The notes beneath the pieces are model-generated. The model searched no databases. It was not told the origin of the DNA and saw only the letters and a program-made list of their open reading frames with translations. Positions 26,302-35,627 of a stretch of 47,780 nucleotides of DNA are shown in pieces (the stretch's first letter is position 1; each line of letters begins with the position of its first letter). Both the position numbers and the translations under genes were made by a program. This stretch comes from a virus: IMG/VR virus record IMGVR_UViG_3300043185_000025. The stretch is one strand, 5' to 3'.

Positions 26302-26955
26302 CTATCCTGTTAACGATCCACGACTTCCGTTATCACGACGGGTACTTCCCCGGCGGGAACGCGACCACGACCCGCGTGGCAGGAATTTCGTCGGATCGCT
26401 CATGGCGTCCAACGACTTAGCCTCGTCCAGTTTACGTTTTCGATAGCCGCTTTTCGGGTGATTGAAATACTCTTGTTTCTTGGTATCCCCGGTCAGCTTC
26501 AAAATTATCTTGGAAGCAAAGTGTGCAACAACGAATTCTGTGAACTTCGGCGTCCATAAAGACAAATCTCCGCCAAAAGCGGAATCGTCAGACACGTAGC
26601 GAACATAGATGGTGTCTAGATCGCAGTACCAATAACCGGCCTCGTCCGAAACCTGCAACACGGGCTCGCGAAAATATTCATCGGAACACAGGGCGGAAGT
26701 AGCGCACCAATCCGTGGGCTTGTTAAAAGCGCGGGAATAACCGAATTCCGGGTCGATGGCGGTATCGTAATCTATTTGCACCGAGCGCATGGCAAATTTC
26801 CATTGCGCCGCCGATAGACAAGACCGAACCCCGTCATCGTCCCATACCGTATCCAACAACCGCCGCGATTCTTCGCTGACCGATAGGGACGATATTGATC
26901 GTTCTCCGCACAGGAGAAGTGCGCTGTTATAGAGCTTTAGCCTGCTGGTGCTCAC
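26302..26955 (-). CDS. Tail tubular protein A / adaptor (T7 gp11-like)
   Basis: 217 aa. The N-terminus LYNSALLLCGERSISSL...AAQWKFAMRSVQI is typical of gp11-type proteins, and the position matches. Confidence 0.55.
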   Translation of the reverse strand: MSTSRLKLYNSALLLCGERSISSLSVSEESRRLLDTVWDDDGVRSCLSAAQWKFAMRSVQIDYDTAIDPEFGYSRAFNKPTDWCATSALCSDEYFREPVLQVSDEAGYWYCDLDTIYVRYVSDDSAFGGDLSLWTPKFTEFVVAHFASKIILKLTGDTKKQEYFNHPKSGYRKRKLDEAKSLDAMSDPTKFLPRGSWSRSRRGSTRRDNGSRGSLTG

Positions 26956-27419
26956 GCCACCGCCGCTACATTTTTGGATTCCAGGAACTTATCAAGCCAA
27001 ACGTCCGCGTCTTCCTTGGAGTGCATGTTTTCTTGCAAAACGGTATTGCCGTTTCGGCGAACCACCGACCAACCTTTAGGTCCGCGCAGTTTTACGTCGT
27101 ACTCCTCCCTAATCTTTTTAAGTTCCGCTTCGGCAAGCTTGGGAGAATTGAAATTGGTGAAGTTCATTTCGTGGACGCGCGCCCACGTACGATCTCGGTT
27201 CCGGACAACGTACAGACCCGCCCACGAACCGTCTTCGCTGCGGACTTCTATCTCGTCCCAGGGCGCCAGGTTGGCGGCAACGTGAGCCCAATACGTCGGC
27301 ATGAGTAAATCGGTTCGCTTGGTGCAAGCCGGGGCTACGGCTACCCAGCGTTTACTAACCTGCTCGGCGAGTTTGAATTTATTGGGGTGGATCGGGGCGA
27401 CAGCAATATTGTCGGACAT
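26952..27419 (-). CDS. Hypothetical head/tail-junction protein
   Basis: GAGGAG RBS. ATGA-coupled to the gp11-like gene. Confidence 0.5.
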   Translation of the reverse strand: MSDNIAVAPIHPNKFKLAEQVSKRWVAVAPACTKRTDLLMPTYWAHVAANLAPWDEIEVRSEDGSWAGLYVVRNRDRTWARVHEMNFTNFNSPKLAEAELKKIREEYDVKLRGPKGWSVVRRNGNTVLQENMHSKEDADVWLDKFLESKNVAAVA

Positions 27420-27470
27420 AACTATTCTCCTCTTGGTTAAAAAGCGGGGGATCGCTCCCCCGCCGAACTA

Positions 27471-27845
27471 TTACGCAAACGTAGAAGTGATCGTCCCACC
27501 GGTCGAAAGCGCGGCACCCGCCGTGCTGACGGAACCGAGTACGCCCATGTAGGTCACGATACTAGACCCCAACGTAGTCCATTGGTAACCGATCAACAGG
27601 TCTCCAGGTCGCATGCCGATGTACAAGGCATCCGAAAAGAAGTTACTGTCCATAGTCGCCGTTGAACCGTGAGAAGAGGCGTACAACCACACCGCCCCGC
27701 CCTGCGTGTTGTAGGCACTGCGCGACCCGTCCGACGGAACCGCCGTCGAAAGTTGCGTGCTCGCCGGAGCGCCGGAAAAGCGCGGCACAATACAACGCGG
27801 AGGATTGGCCAGTGAAGTCGCTTGGGTAGAACCTAAATATGCCAT
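27471..27845 (-). CDS. Ser/Thr/Gly-rich small protein next to the capsid gene (decoration candidate)
   Basis: AAGGAGG RBS. 124 aa, lying immediately downstream of the major capsid gene. Confidence 0.5.
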   Translation of the reverse strand: MAYLGSTQATSLANPPRCIVPRFSGAPASTQLSTAVPSDGSRSAYNTQGGAVWLYASSHGSTATMDSNFFSDALYIGMRPGDLLIGYQWTTLGSSIVTYMGVLGSVSTAGAALSTGGTITSTFA

Positions 27846-27858
27846 GACTCAAGCCTCC

Positions 27859-28707
27859 TTAAGCGTAGGCCGAGCCGTCTGCGGTGCAGACGACAACGCC
27901 AGTGTTTTGCAGTAGCACCGCACCCATGTCGATGGAGCAGCGAGCGAAAGAATACGCCTGCTCTTCATCGTACCCCACGACAGACTGCATACCTGCCGTG
28001 TTGGCCGCATGACCCACCGCCGTTTTGTGGTACATGAAGTTTATTTCCGAATTCGTACCGACTCCGGGATTGTTGGGGTGAGCAACAATCAGCACGTTAC
28101 GCCACCGATAGGCCGACGGTTTGTCGCGCCAACTGGCGTCTTGGCCAGCATAAGGGCGAATGTTCACGTATTCGGCTTTTGTGAATTCCGGCGCTTGCTC
28201 CAAGTACGCCAAAAAAGCTGGTGTACATGCAAGCGTAACGTTGCCATCCCATGGCACGTCGGCGTTCCCCAACTTAACGATCATGTTTTGAAACAGAGAC
28301 ACCGACGGAAGTGTGGAAGAACTTCCAACCGTCACGGTCCCGGTATTCAGAATATCGGTAATTTGGGAATTGATTTTGCGATTCACCACTGCCATAGTGG
28401 TTTGTTGCATGATTTGGCGCTGATTGCCTTGCGACGCAAATACGTTGAAATCCGTCTTGCGTACCAAGTCGTGCCATTCTTGCAACGTCGCGGTTGATTG
28501 GGTGTTGGAATCGGAGCGAGCCGCGATCATCCCGTTGACGCCACGGGTTTGCGCTTCCGCACCACCTGAACTGACTACTAGAAACGTGGCCTGGTTGCCC
28601 TTGATGACGGCTTCCGTGGTCACGGTGTCGCGCAAGATGGATTGCCGAACTTCGAAACCGGCAATGAACTCCTGGCGGTATTGAATTTGAAATGCTGTGT
28701 CTGCCAC
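27859..28707 (-). CDS. Major capsid protein (HK97-fold candidate)
   Basis: GTG start with AAGGAG 8 nt upstream. Located after portal and scaffold. The N-terminus FQIQYRQEFIAGFEVRQSILRDTVTTEAVIKGNQATF is as in podovirus capsid families. Confidence 0.65.
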   Translation of the reverse strand: MADTAFQIQYRQEFIAGFEVRQSILRDTVTTEAVIKGNQATFLVVSSGGAEAQTRGVNGMIAARSDSNTQSTATLQEWHDLVRKTDFNVFASQGNQRQIMQQTTMAVVNRKINSQITDILNTGTVTVGSSSTLPSVSLFQNMIVKLGNADVPWDGNVTLACTPAFLAYLEQAPEFTKAEYVNIRPYAGQDASWRDKPSAYRWRNVLIVAHPNNPGVGTNSEINFMYHKTAVGHAANTAGMQSVVGYDEEQAYSFARCSIDMGAVLLQNTGVVVCTADGSAYA

Positions 28708-28825
28708 AGACGTTTCTCCTTTGCTTTGGTTGTAGAACCATCGCTTGGGGTGTCCGTCTTAGCTTCGGCCGGGGTATCCTTGCGGAGCCGACCCGTACTT
28801 TCCGGGGCCTCGCTACTGGTGTTGG

Positions 28826-28864
28826 TTAAGTAACGGGGGCCAAAAGGGGTTTCCCGTTACTTAA
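28826..28864 (-). promoter_or_regulatory. Perfect 12-bp stem-loop in the scaffold-to-capsid intergenic region
   Basis: TTAAGTAACGGG (28826..28837) pairs with CCCGTTACTTAA (28853..28864) across a 15-nt loop. There is no U-tract on the transcribed (minus) strand. Confidence 0.5.
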
Positions 28865-28887
28865 TTTTTAGCACACCTTGAATCAAT

Positions 28888-28902
28888 GTGTTAACGAAAA
28901 AT
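28888..28902 (-). promoter_or_regulatory. Conserved 15-mer (minus strand ATTTTTCGTTAACAC), copy upstream of the capsid gene
   Basis: An identical 15-mer occurs at 36089..36103. Both copies are followed by TTGA(A)TTC. The embedded TTAACA is a 5/6 match to the -35 consensus, with an A/T-rich hexamer about 18 nt downstream. Confidence 0.45.
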
Positions 28903-28904
28903 CA

Positions 28905-29831
28905 TTAGCCCTTAATCTTATCCCGAGCCGCCACTAATTGGCGGTAGCGCTCTTGATTCTTCTCGGCATTTGGCCCCTTCCAATAATCTGAATTGGCATC
29001 GGCCATTTTGGCGTTCCATTGAGTTATTTCGCTTTCCAGCTTATCTGGACTATTTCCCGAACCCGGTATTAAAGTTGCTACCGGGTTTATTTCCCTCGCC
29101 AAGCCGGAGAGCAGTTTTGCGAACTCGACGTTGGTGTCGACGGCGATACGAATCCGTTCCCTTAATTCGGAATCGGCCGGAACCCGTCCATCCAACAAAT
29201 TATCAATGGTCGTTCTGTTTAACCTGTACTCTGGACCCCACTCGGCCCGCAGGGCGTCTTCGGTTTCCTTTCGGACTTGGGCGTTATGCTCGGCTCGGTT
29301 TTCGGCCTCCTTGGTCTGAAAATCGAAGTACCACTGCACGGCGGCACTGGCGACGTCATTTGGCAAATTCTTGGTATGGGCGTATGCCAGAAAATCATCG
29401 ACCACGGGTTTGTCTTCTTCGCCAACGGCGATACCCGGAGCCAGTTTAAGATCATACTTATCCGGGGATAACGGTATTCCGTGTTCTTGGCGCCAGGCGT
29501 TCTTCTGTTCATCCGATCCCTTGTCGGGAAAAGGGGAAACGGTCTTCAGCTCCCCGGAAGAAAGACGCTGCTCCAAGGCGCGTGCTTTCTTCCAAATATC
29601 GGAGGGTGAGGCGTATCGTTCGAGTTGTTTAAGTTCTTTTTCGTCGTTGTTTGCCAGATCTTGGCGCCACGTGTCCGGCCACGGCGATTTGGCTTTGTCT
29701 TGTAGTTTAGCCTGATCTTGCGTGGTAATAACGGCATTCGCCGCCGTGGTATCTGTGGAGGATACAGAGCCTACACCACCCGTGGCGCCACTAAGCTCAT
29801 CGGTTGCGGCGTGTTCTTTGGGAAATTTCAT
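28905..29831 (-). CDS. Scaffolding protein candidate
   Basis: 308 aa, acidic and helical. Lies between the portal and the capsid gene. Confidence 0.5.
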   Translation of the reverse strand: MKFPKEHAATDELSGATGGVGSVSSTDTTAANAVITTQDQAKLQDKAKSPWPDTWRQDLANNDEKELKQLERYASPSDIWKKARALEQRLSSGELKTVSPFPDKGSDEQKNAWRQEHGIPLSPDKYDLKLAPGIAVGEEDKPVVDDFLAYAHTKNLPNDVASAAVQWYFDFQTKEAENRAEHNAQVRKETEDALRAEWGPEYRLNRTTIDNLLDGRVPADSELRERIRIAVDTNVEFAKLLSGLAREINPVATLIPGSGNSPDKLESEITQWNAKMADANSDYWKGPNAEKNQERYRQLVAARDKIKG

Positions 29832-30120
29832 CTTGTTTACTCCTCAGTGTTGAAACGTTCAAAACAGACATCGTGACGATATTCAACCCCACGGCGCGGC
29901 GTCCCTCGGCGAACGCCGTATCGTATGGATTGTTTGAACGATATGACGGCTGGTAGGTAGAACAGGCGGACTCCACCAACCATTTAACAAACCTCTTTTG
30001 TTGTTCCGGGTTGGCTTCGCCCCGCAATAAGGCTTGTAGAGCTACAATATCGGCTAAATCATATTGCGGAGGCTTCCACGGCGCCCGATCTTTCAGCGAG
30101 GGTGTTTTATTCTCTATCAT
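29797..30120 (-). CDS. Hypothetical protein between portal and scaffold
   Basis: ATGA-coupled to the portal stop. Confidence 0.5.
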   Translation of the reverse strand: MIENKTPSLKDRAPWKPPQYDLADIVALQALLRGEANPEQQKRFVKWLVESACSTYQPSYRSNNPYDTAFAEGRRAVGLNIVTMSVLNVSTLRSKQDEISQRTRRNR

Positions 30121-31739
30121 GCGGCTTGCGATAAGTCTTTGTTAGCCTCGGCCAGATTGGCGACAGTATTCGACGCTTGCTCCGAAGCACCCAATACAGC
30201 CGTGGTCTCTTGGGCTTCGCGCTGTGCCAGTTCAATATCGCGCACTGTTACCTCGTCGCGTATCCAAGTTGCCGGGGTCTTGATACCGGCCAACGCATCA
30301 CGCAAAGCCACTTTAACATCGGGCAACGCCAAGGCCGATTGATCCAGCGCCACGGCTTCGGCAATTAACGACTTCATCTCTATAAACTTGTGTCCTTTCT
30401 GTTCTTCGATGGCGTCGTGCAAAGGAGACTCGAACCGGAATTGAAAATCCGCCCCTTGAAGTTCCGGCGGCATGTCCAATGGAGACCCAAAGGCCCCGTG
30501 CTGCGCCATCAGATTGAACGTGGCTTCACACAGTTGCCCGTTGTAGTCGGATTCCATCGGCTCGAAAATAGGCAAAGCGCCACGAATATATTCTTGAACT
30601 CGCTGGCCCACTTCGTAGGCGGTCATTTCTGGACCGCGTTGCGGCATGGACAATTTGTTAAGGTAGAAATACTCACGCAACAATAAACGAACATCGCGCT
30701 GCATTTCCATCCCCACCGGCATCCCGCGAGAATCGCTGGTCAACTCACGCAGCGCCGGGCCCATCTTCTCGTCGTAGTCCATGTCTATCCAAGTTATCCC
30801 ACCGGAAAACGCCTGAACGTCAGATCGAACTGCATCCTTGGTGGCAACTAACGGCGGATTGGCAAGCCTTTCCCCGGTCTCCATGAGCGTTCCGGTCATG
30901 GCTTGAAGCAGTCTTCCGTCGGGAAGGGCGATAACCGAAGCGGGAGAATAAGCATACTGCGATCCTGATACCGTCTGCCAACGGGGGATCACGTATTCGT
31001 TGTTTCTGACCGGAACACGCTCCAGCTCATGTTCGTGAGTGCATTCATAATAAATTGATTGATATGGCATCCCCCTGGAATCCGCGTCGAACAGATCAGA
31101 GGCAATCACAATGTGATAGCAATCTATTTTCTCAAACGGCTTATTCTGCGTAAGGTACTGATCCACCTTGCTTGATACCTTTGACCCGAATATCCGCTTT
31201 AGCTCACGGCAAGTCGGTTTCCAACGCAGGGCGACGAGACATATTTTGCCGTCGTCGTCTTCCGCCCACACCACGTCCCTTAAATGCCAGCATCGGTAAA
31301 GCAGGGTATCGCCATTACGCCCTAATCTAACCGACAGCACGGCTTGTCCGAAAGCCGCAAAGTCATGATCCGCCTCTTTCGTGGCCCTGGTAAATCGGCT
31401 GACGCGATCGTACATGGCGCGCCGCATTGTCTTTTCGGCTGATTCGAGCCACCTTTTTGCATTGTTCGTGGCTCTCCCGTCGTCAGACGGCGCCATGTGA
31501 AACCACGGTCTGTTCGTTTGCCGAAGCATCATTCCGATCTGGTCCCCCAGATCACGGCGAACCAATAAAGGATAACTGGACTCCAGGTTGTCAACGAAAG
31601 TATCCCCCGGATCGCGACGCAAAGTAAAATCGGCCCTTTCAGTGTAAAAATTCTCAGATATCTCCTGCCATAGGGAAATAAGTTGCCCTCTACCGTTAAA
31701 CAGACCGTCTACTTCCTCTTTAACTTGTTTTGTATTCAT
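30117..31739 (-). CDS. Portal (head-to-tail connector, T7 gp8-like)
   Basis: 540 aa following the terminase. The N-terminus LWQEISENFYTERADFT...SYPLLVRRDLGDQIGMMLRQTNRPWFHM resembles the gp8-type connector family. Confidence 0.65.
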   Translation of the reverse strand: MNTKQVKEEVDGLFNGRGQLISLWQEISENFYTERADFTLRRDPGDTFVDNLESSYPLLVRRDLGDQIGMMLRQTNRPWFHMAPSDDGRATNNAKRWLESAEKTMRRAMYDRVSRFTRATKEADHDFAAFGQAVLSVRLGRNGDTLLYRCWHLRDVVWAEDDDGKICLVALRWKPTCRELKRIFGSKVSSKVDQYLTQNKPFEKIDCYHIVIASDLFDADSRGMPYQSIYYECTHEHELERVPVRNNEYVIPRWQTVSGSQYAYSPASVIALPDGRLLQAMTGTLMETGERLANPPLVATKDAVRSDVQAFSGGITWIDMDYDEKMGPALRELTSDSRGMPVGMEMQRDVRLLLREYFYLNKLSMPQRGPEMTAYEVGQRVQEYIRGALPIFEPMESDYNGQLCEATFNLMAQHGAFGSPLDMPPELQGADFQFRFESPLHDAIEEQKGHKFIEMKSLIAEAVALDQSALALPDVKVALRDALAGIKTPATWIRDEVTVRDIELAQREAQETTAVLGASEQASNTVANLAEANKDLSQAA

Positions 31740-32089
31740 TAGCCAAGGGTGTCGTCCGAGAGAATGGTGCTGAGACGCCCTCCACTAGACTGCCTGGAAT
31801 ATCTGCGCCTACGCTGCGCGCGTTCGAGATCGGTGTCGCGTCCGGGAATAGGAGTGGGCTTCGGAATAGCCGCTATAGCCGCAGCGGCTGCATCGTCGGA
31901 TTCCTTCGCTAACTTTTTCTCCCGGCCTTCGTAGTAGCCAACATCGGTTGTGTCAACCCCACGCTTCTTTCCGTATTTCTTCTTCGCAGCGCCTGCCCCA
32001 GTATATGCAACTAATGGATCAATTTTCGAGACGCTACCACTGCTCATCGTCTCGTCAAACTTATCAACTGTTCTGGCCAACCCAGTCAT
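31739..32089 (-). CDS. Hypothetical small basic protein between terminase and portal
   Basis: ATGA overlap with the terL stop and TAATG overlap with the portal start. Confidence 0.5.
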   Translation of the reverse strand: MTGLARTVDKFDETMSSGSVSKIDPLVAYTGAGAAKKKYGKKRGVDTTDVGYYEGREKKLAKESDDAAAAAIAAIPKPTPIPGRDTDLERAQRRRRYSRQSSGGRLSTILSDDTLG

Positions 32090-33705
32090 TTGTGTCTCCT
32101 ATTGTATCGTTGACTATGAATTATCCTTGGTTGATGGTTCGTCTGGGCTTTATCGCGCCATTGCTTTCCGTCCGTTAAGTATGTCGGGCCAATACTCCAC
32201 GATATAACTATTGCATCACCGCGATCCGTGGATCTGCCCAGTCGTTCGCAAACATCCTCTTTCGGCTCTACTTTAATGCCGTTTGACGTTATCTCGAACG
32301 TCGGCGCGGTTAGATCGGCGACTAACTTTGGATCGTCTGGTAATGCGATGGGCGATCCCACGGGCTGTGATGGGTCCAGCGCTTCGCGAAATCTCCAATA
32401 AACTTCCGACCGTTTGTTTGTAAACTTCAATTGACGGTCATTAGTTCGGTTAACTGATTGTTCGGCGCCTTTGTGGGCTCTAACCTCAACGTCATTTGCT
32501 TTGAGATGCTCGAACGTTGCGCCTCCGTAACCGCCGCCCATGTCGATCCCAACGATGGCCTTGTCGCGACGATTCTTGACCACCAGCGCGGCAACATCAG
32601 TTCCATACGGAGTATCGCGTCCAGGAACAGCGATTAATGGTGGGAACCAACCGTCAAATCTTGGCGCCAAAACCGTTTCATCATCCCCCCCTTGAGCAGG
32701 ATCAACGCCAATGGCACACATTGGCACGGAGTCCGGTGGCCTCGGCGTCCAGCGTGCTTGCGCTTGTTTAATCCAATCAGTCGGGATCACCTGATTTTGG
32801 GCATCTTTAAATGCGGTTCGGAATCCACCCAACAATAAAGACCTGTAGGGCTCGGGCAACGCTTCCAATTCGCGCGCATAATCGGTTTTGGCGTAGTACG
32901 GATTATCCTCAACCGAAGCTGGAATATAAGTATAGGATTTAGGCCGATAAGATTTCCCGTTAATTGTTACGGGGCTACTGCTTTTTACCCATGTTTGCTT
33001 GCCGTGCTCGTCCGAGATTGCCCAACGCAGATCCCCTGGCTTGGCAGGATCCGGGTATTGCGGGTCCAGCCACGGAGCAAACATTTGTATCACCCATAGA
33101 CCTTCCGCAGTTAGTGGGGGATTTGTGGCAAGAACGGTGCGCACCCGTTGGCCTTCTTCTTCCGTTCGGTTCCATCCCATCAGGAATCTAACCTGAGATT
33201 CGGCAAAGTGAGTGGCTTCGTCGATGCCCAACAGGTCTCGCCCTTTGCCCATCCAACTTTGCTCGTCTCCAACCCTGTGAGCGGCGCCAAAATCAATCAC
33301 CCGTCCATCATCTGTTTTAAGCTGAGGCGGGGGTGAACCATTGAAACCCTCTCGGCCACCGTTTATTTTCAGGGCGTCTTCGACTAAACGGCCGATGTCT
33401 GAATATTTCCGGCGCAATAGCAAGGTTCGTTTATGGGAATTGAACGCAAGCCCGAGCAATAGCTGGCTCTTTCCACCGCCGGGCTCGCCTCCGTACAACA
33501 ATACGTCAGCCTCGCTTAAATACGCTTCGGTTTGCGGACCAGGATTTGGAATCCAGCGATAATCTTTGGTGTTGGTATACGCTTCTCTAACTGCCGTGTC
33601 TTTATCCTTGGGCGGCAGAGAAACGTAACGATCCAGAACCTCATCAAGACTGATGGATAGCATTAAGAAATGATTCTCCGTGGTCTGCGCCGTTACCCTT
33701 TGCAA
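32086..33705 (-). CDS. terL: Terminase large subunit
   Basis: Walker A YGGEPGGGKS, Walker B LLGIDEATHF, coupling motif VLATNPP, and the C-terminal nuclease-like segments CAIGVDPAQGGDDETV and RGDAIVISW. The start may instead be M15 (33663). Confidence 0.8.
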   Translation of the reverse strand: MQRVTAQTTENHFLMLSISLDEVLDRYVSLPPKDKDTAVREAYTNTKDYRWIPNPGPQTEAYLSEADVLLYGGEPGGGKSQLLLGLAFNSHKRTLLLRRKYSDIGRLVEDALKINGGREGFNGSPPPQLKTDDGRVIDFGAAHRVGDEQSWMGKGRDLLGIDEATHFAESQVRFLMGWNRTEEEGQRVRTVLATNPPLTAEGLWVIQMFAPWLDPQYPDPAKPGDLRWAISDEHGKQTWVKSSSPVTINGKSYRPKSYTYIPASVEDNPYYAKTDYARELEALPEPYRSLLLGGFRTAFKDAQNQVIPTDWIKQAQARWTPRPPDSVPMCAIGVDPAQGGDDETVLAPRFDGWFPPLIAVPGRDTPYGTDVAALVVKNRRDKAIVGIDMGGGYGGATFEHLKANDVEVRAHKGAEQSVNRTNDRQLKFTNKRSEVYWRFREALDPSQPVGSPIALPDDPKLVADLTAPTFEITSNGIKVEPKEDVCERLGRSTDRGDAIVISWSIGPTYLTDGKQWRDKAQTNHQPRIIHSQRYNRRHK

Positions 33706-34525
33706 CCGGTATCGGTACAGAATCGGTGACGGTAGTTTGTGTCTGCGTTGGTATAGGCAGGTTGAACAGAGCGTTAAACTCCGTCACCGAAGCTTCAGAA
33801 CGATCATGGATCCAGGTGCCCATCACGTAATTCAGATCGTCAATGGCGCCCTGTAAAAAGCTCTGGTTGATTCGCGCGGCATCGGCATCGCGGATCGCTT
33901 GTTGCATCCTAGATTCTAGCTCTTTTTTTCGTGCCATTAACTTTATGTGCATATGATTGTGCTCACAAACACCGTACAGTGGCGGCGGCAATAACAAGTC
34001 GGATTCCGGCGGAACGGCAATCGTAATGCCAAGTTGCTGGGCAATTTGGATGAAATGGATGCAGCCGGGCCTTTGCTGGGCCCATTCCTCGGTCGCGGCC
34101 ATGTCCACGCCCCACAGACCGATAACCGGCGATGTGCGGTCGCCGCTGGCACGGGCCAGTAATATTTCGTCGATTGCCATCGCCAACATCCATGCAATCG
34201 AGGATGTGAAAAAATAAGAACCGTATTTTGCGGTTAGTCCGGCAACGTCCAACTTCACTGCTCCGTGAATTTCCGGCACTGGATCAACCATCACGACGCA
34301 CTGTTGCCTTGCCATCCACGCGCAATATTCTGGCGAAAACCACGGGACTTGGGTATCGGGCTTACCGATTACGCCAGGCTCCCAGCGGTGTAACTCAAAA
34401 AATTTGTCACACCTTGGAAGGATTGGGTAGGTGCCGGGACTGCATGCCCAGATTTTGAACGTCGGATCGCCAAACGGCGCAAGCCGGATGCTGGACGGGG
34501 CGCTGCCAATTATCGCAATACGCAT
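33644..34525 (-). CDS. Rossmann-type protein, possibly a DUF115/MptE-like (Maf-type) glycosyltransferase
   Basis: Start refined to MRIAIIGSAPSS (TAATG coupling). The motif FTSSIAWMLAMAI...VIGLWGVDMA resembles the G-x-D core of DUF115/Maf-family enzymes as I recall them. The family assignment is unverified. Confidence 0.3.
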   Translation of the reverse strand: MRIAIIGSAPSSIRLAPFGDPTFKIWACSPGTYPILPRCDKFFELHRWEPGVIGKPDTQVPWFSPEYCAWMARQQCVVMVDPVPEIHGAVKLDVAGLTAKYGSYFFTSSIAWMLAMAIDEILLARASGDRTSPVIGLWGVDMAATEEWAQQRPGCIHFIQIAQQLGITIAVPPESDLLLPPPLYGVCEHNHMHIKLMARKKELESRMQQAIRDADAARINQSFLQGAIDDLNYVMGTWIHDRSEASVTEFNALFNLPIPTQTQTTVTDSVPIPVAKGNGADHGESFLNAIHQS

Positions 34526-35016
34526 TAGGTTGTACCGTTGAGAGCCATTTCCGTCGAGCACGCCGAAGAAAAACCAGTTGGGCGGCTAACAATTGCGTAG
34601 ATCGCGCTAGACACGCCGATTAATTGCAGGAACAACCCGCCACCCTGAGCCACGATTGTGGTAGTAGTAGAATTAGCGCTGGTGCGTAACGCAAAACTGC
34701 TGTCGGATCGCTTAATTGTGCGAATTCCGGTTGAAGTTGAACCCGTGTACAGCAGTTTACTTACACCAACAATCGGTGGATCCAGCAACCAGGTGTCGTC
34801 CGTTGACGTATCGACGGTGGTCAGACCGTAGGCCGTAATATTTGTTGCGGTAGTATCGGAAGTGGCGGCCTGGACCTCGAGCACGGCACCATGAGGCGAC
34901 TGAATCCCGTCTGGACCCACCAAATATTCAATTTGGGCGCTTGATCCCTGGGCAAGGCCCAAGCGGCGACCGTGAACTGACGTGCGAATTTTGCTGCGTA
35001 ATGTTTCTCTGCTCAC
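34525..35016 (-). CDS. Ser/Thr-rich hypothetical protein
   Basis: 163 aa with S/T runs (ATSDTTATNITAYGLTTVDTSTDDT and TSANSTTTTIV). Co-oriented and coupled to the downstream gene. Confidence 0.5.
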   Translation of the reverse strand: MSRETLRSKIRTSVHGRRLGLAQGSSAQIEYLVGPDGIQSPHGAVLEVQAATSDTTATNITAYGLTTVDTSTDDTWLLDPPIVGVSKLLYTGSTSTGIRTIKRSDSSFALRTSANSTTTTIVAQGGGLFLQLIGVSSAIYAIVSRPTGFSSACSTEMALNGTT

Positions 35017-35089
35017 TGTAAATCTCCTTTATAGTTGCGATGCCGGTATTCTGGCTGCTTGATAACCGGTGCCCGACCGGAGCGGTCCT

Positions 35090-35455
35090 CTATCGTTTCC
35101 AAAACTCCACCGTAACGATCCCGGAAGTTGGTGATACCAGGGAAAATCCAGTGCTTGTAGCTGTGCTACCCAGTTGATAAAACTGGGAATCGTTTCCGTG
35201 AATGACGTGATTGATGCTCGTGGTGGCAGTAGTTGCGGCCATCGACGTGCTTGGCCACGTAGCGCTGGTTGAATGGAAATTTACGGCAAACGAATAAGCG
35301 GCTCCAGCCGTGGTGGCGCCACTCAATCGCATCACATTGGCGCCAGAAGGCCAGTCGAAAGCTTGACCTGTATTAGCTGCCAATACCGCCGTAGCCACCG
35401 TATCGGCTGGCATAGGGATTAAAAACGATGGGTTCCAGGTTCCGAACGTTCTCAA
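35090..35455 (-). CDS. Ser/Thr/Ala-rich hypothetical protein
   Basis: TTG start with GGAG 7 nt upstream. Contains the S/T run STSATWPSTSMAATTATTS. Confidence 0.45.
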   Translation of the reverse strand: MRTFGTWNPSFLIPMPADTVATAVLAANTGQAFDWPSGANVMRLSGATTAGAAYSFAVNFHSTSATWPSTSMAATTATTSINHVIHGNDSQFYQLGSTATSTGFSLVSPTSGIVTVEFWKR

Positions 35456-35456
35456 G

Positions 35457-35627
35457 TTAATCTCCTAAAATACTGTCGTTTTTGGCGGTGTCCGTGCCTT
35501 TCTTGCGAGCTTTGCGCCACTCTTCTTTGTTCATCTTGGGGCGATCCTTGTAAGGGCCGGCGCCCTCGCTCCACTCGATCAAGTAGTCCATGTATTCCTT
35601 GTGCTCATTTTCGCCAGGATAAGCCAT
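35457..35627 (-). CDS. Hypothetical 56-aa protein
   Basis: Below the track cutoff. The ATG directly follows the TAA of 35628..36002. It translates to MAYPGENEHKEYMDYLIEWSEGAGPYKDRPKMNKEEWRKARKKGTDTAKNDSILGD. Confidence 0.45.
   Translation of the reverse strand: MAYPGENEHKEYMDYLIEWSEGAGPYKDRPKMNKEEWRKARKKGTDTAKNDSILGD

Noticed and set aside
28826-28872. The stem-loop followed by AATTTTTA as a plus-strand terminator
   Set aside because: No plus-strand gene is upstream to terminate, so it more plausibly acts in the minus-strand capsid mRNA leader.
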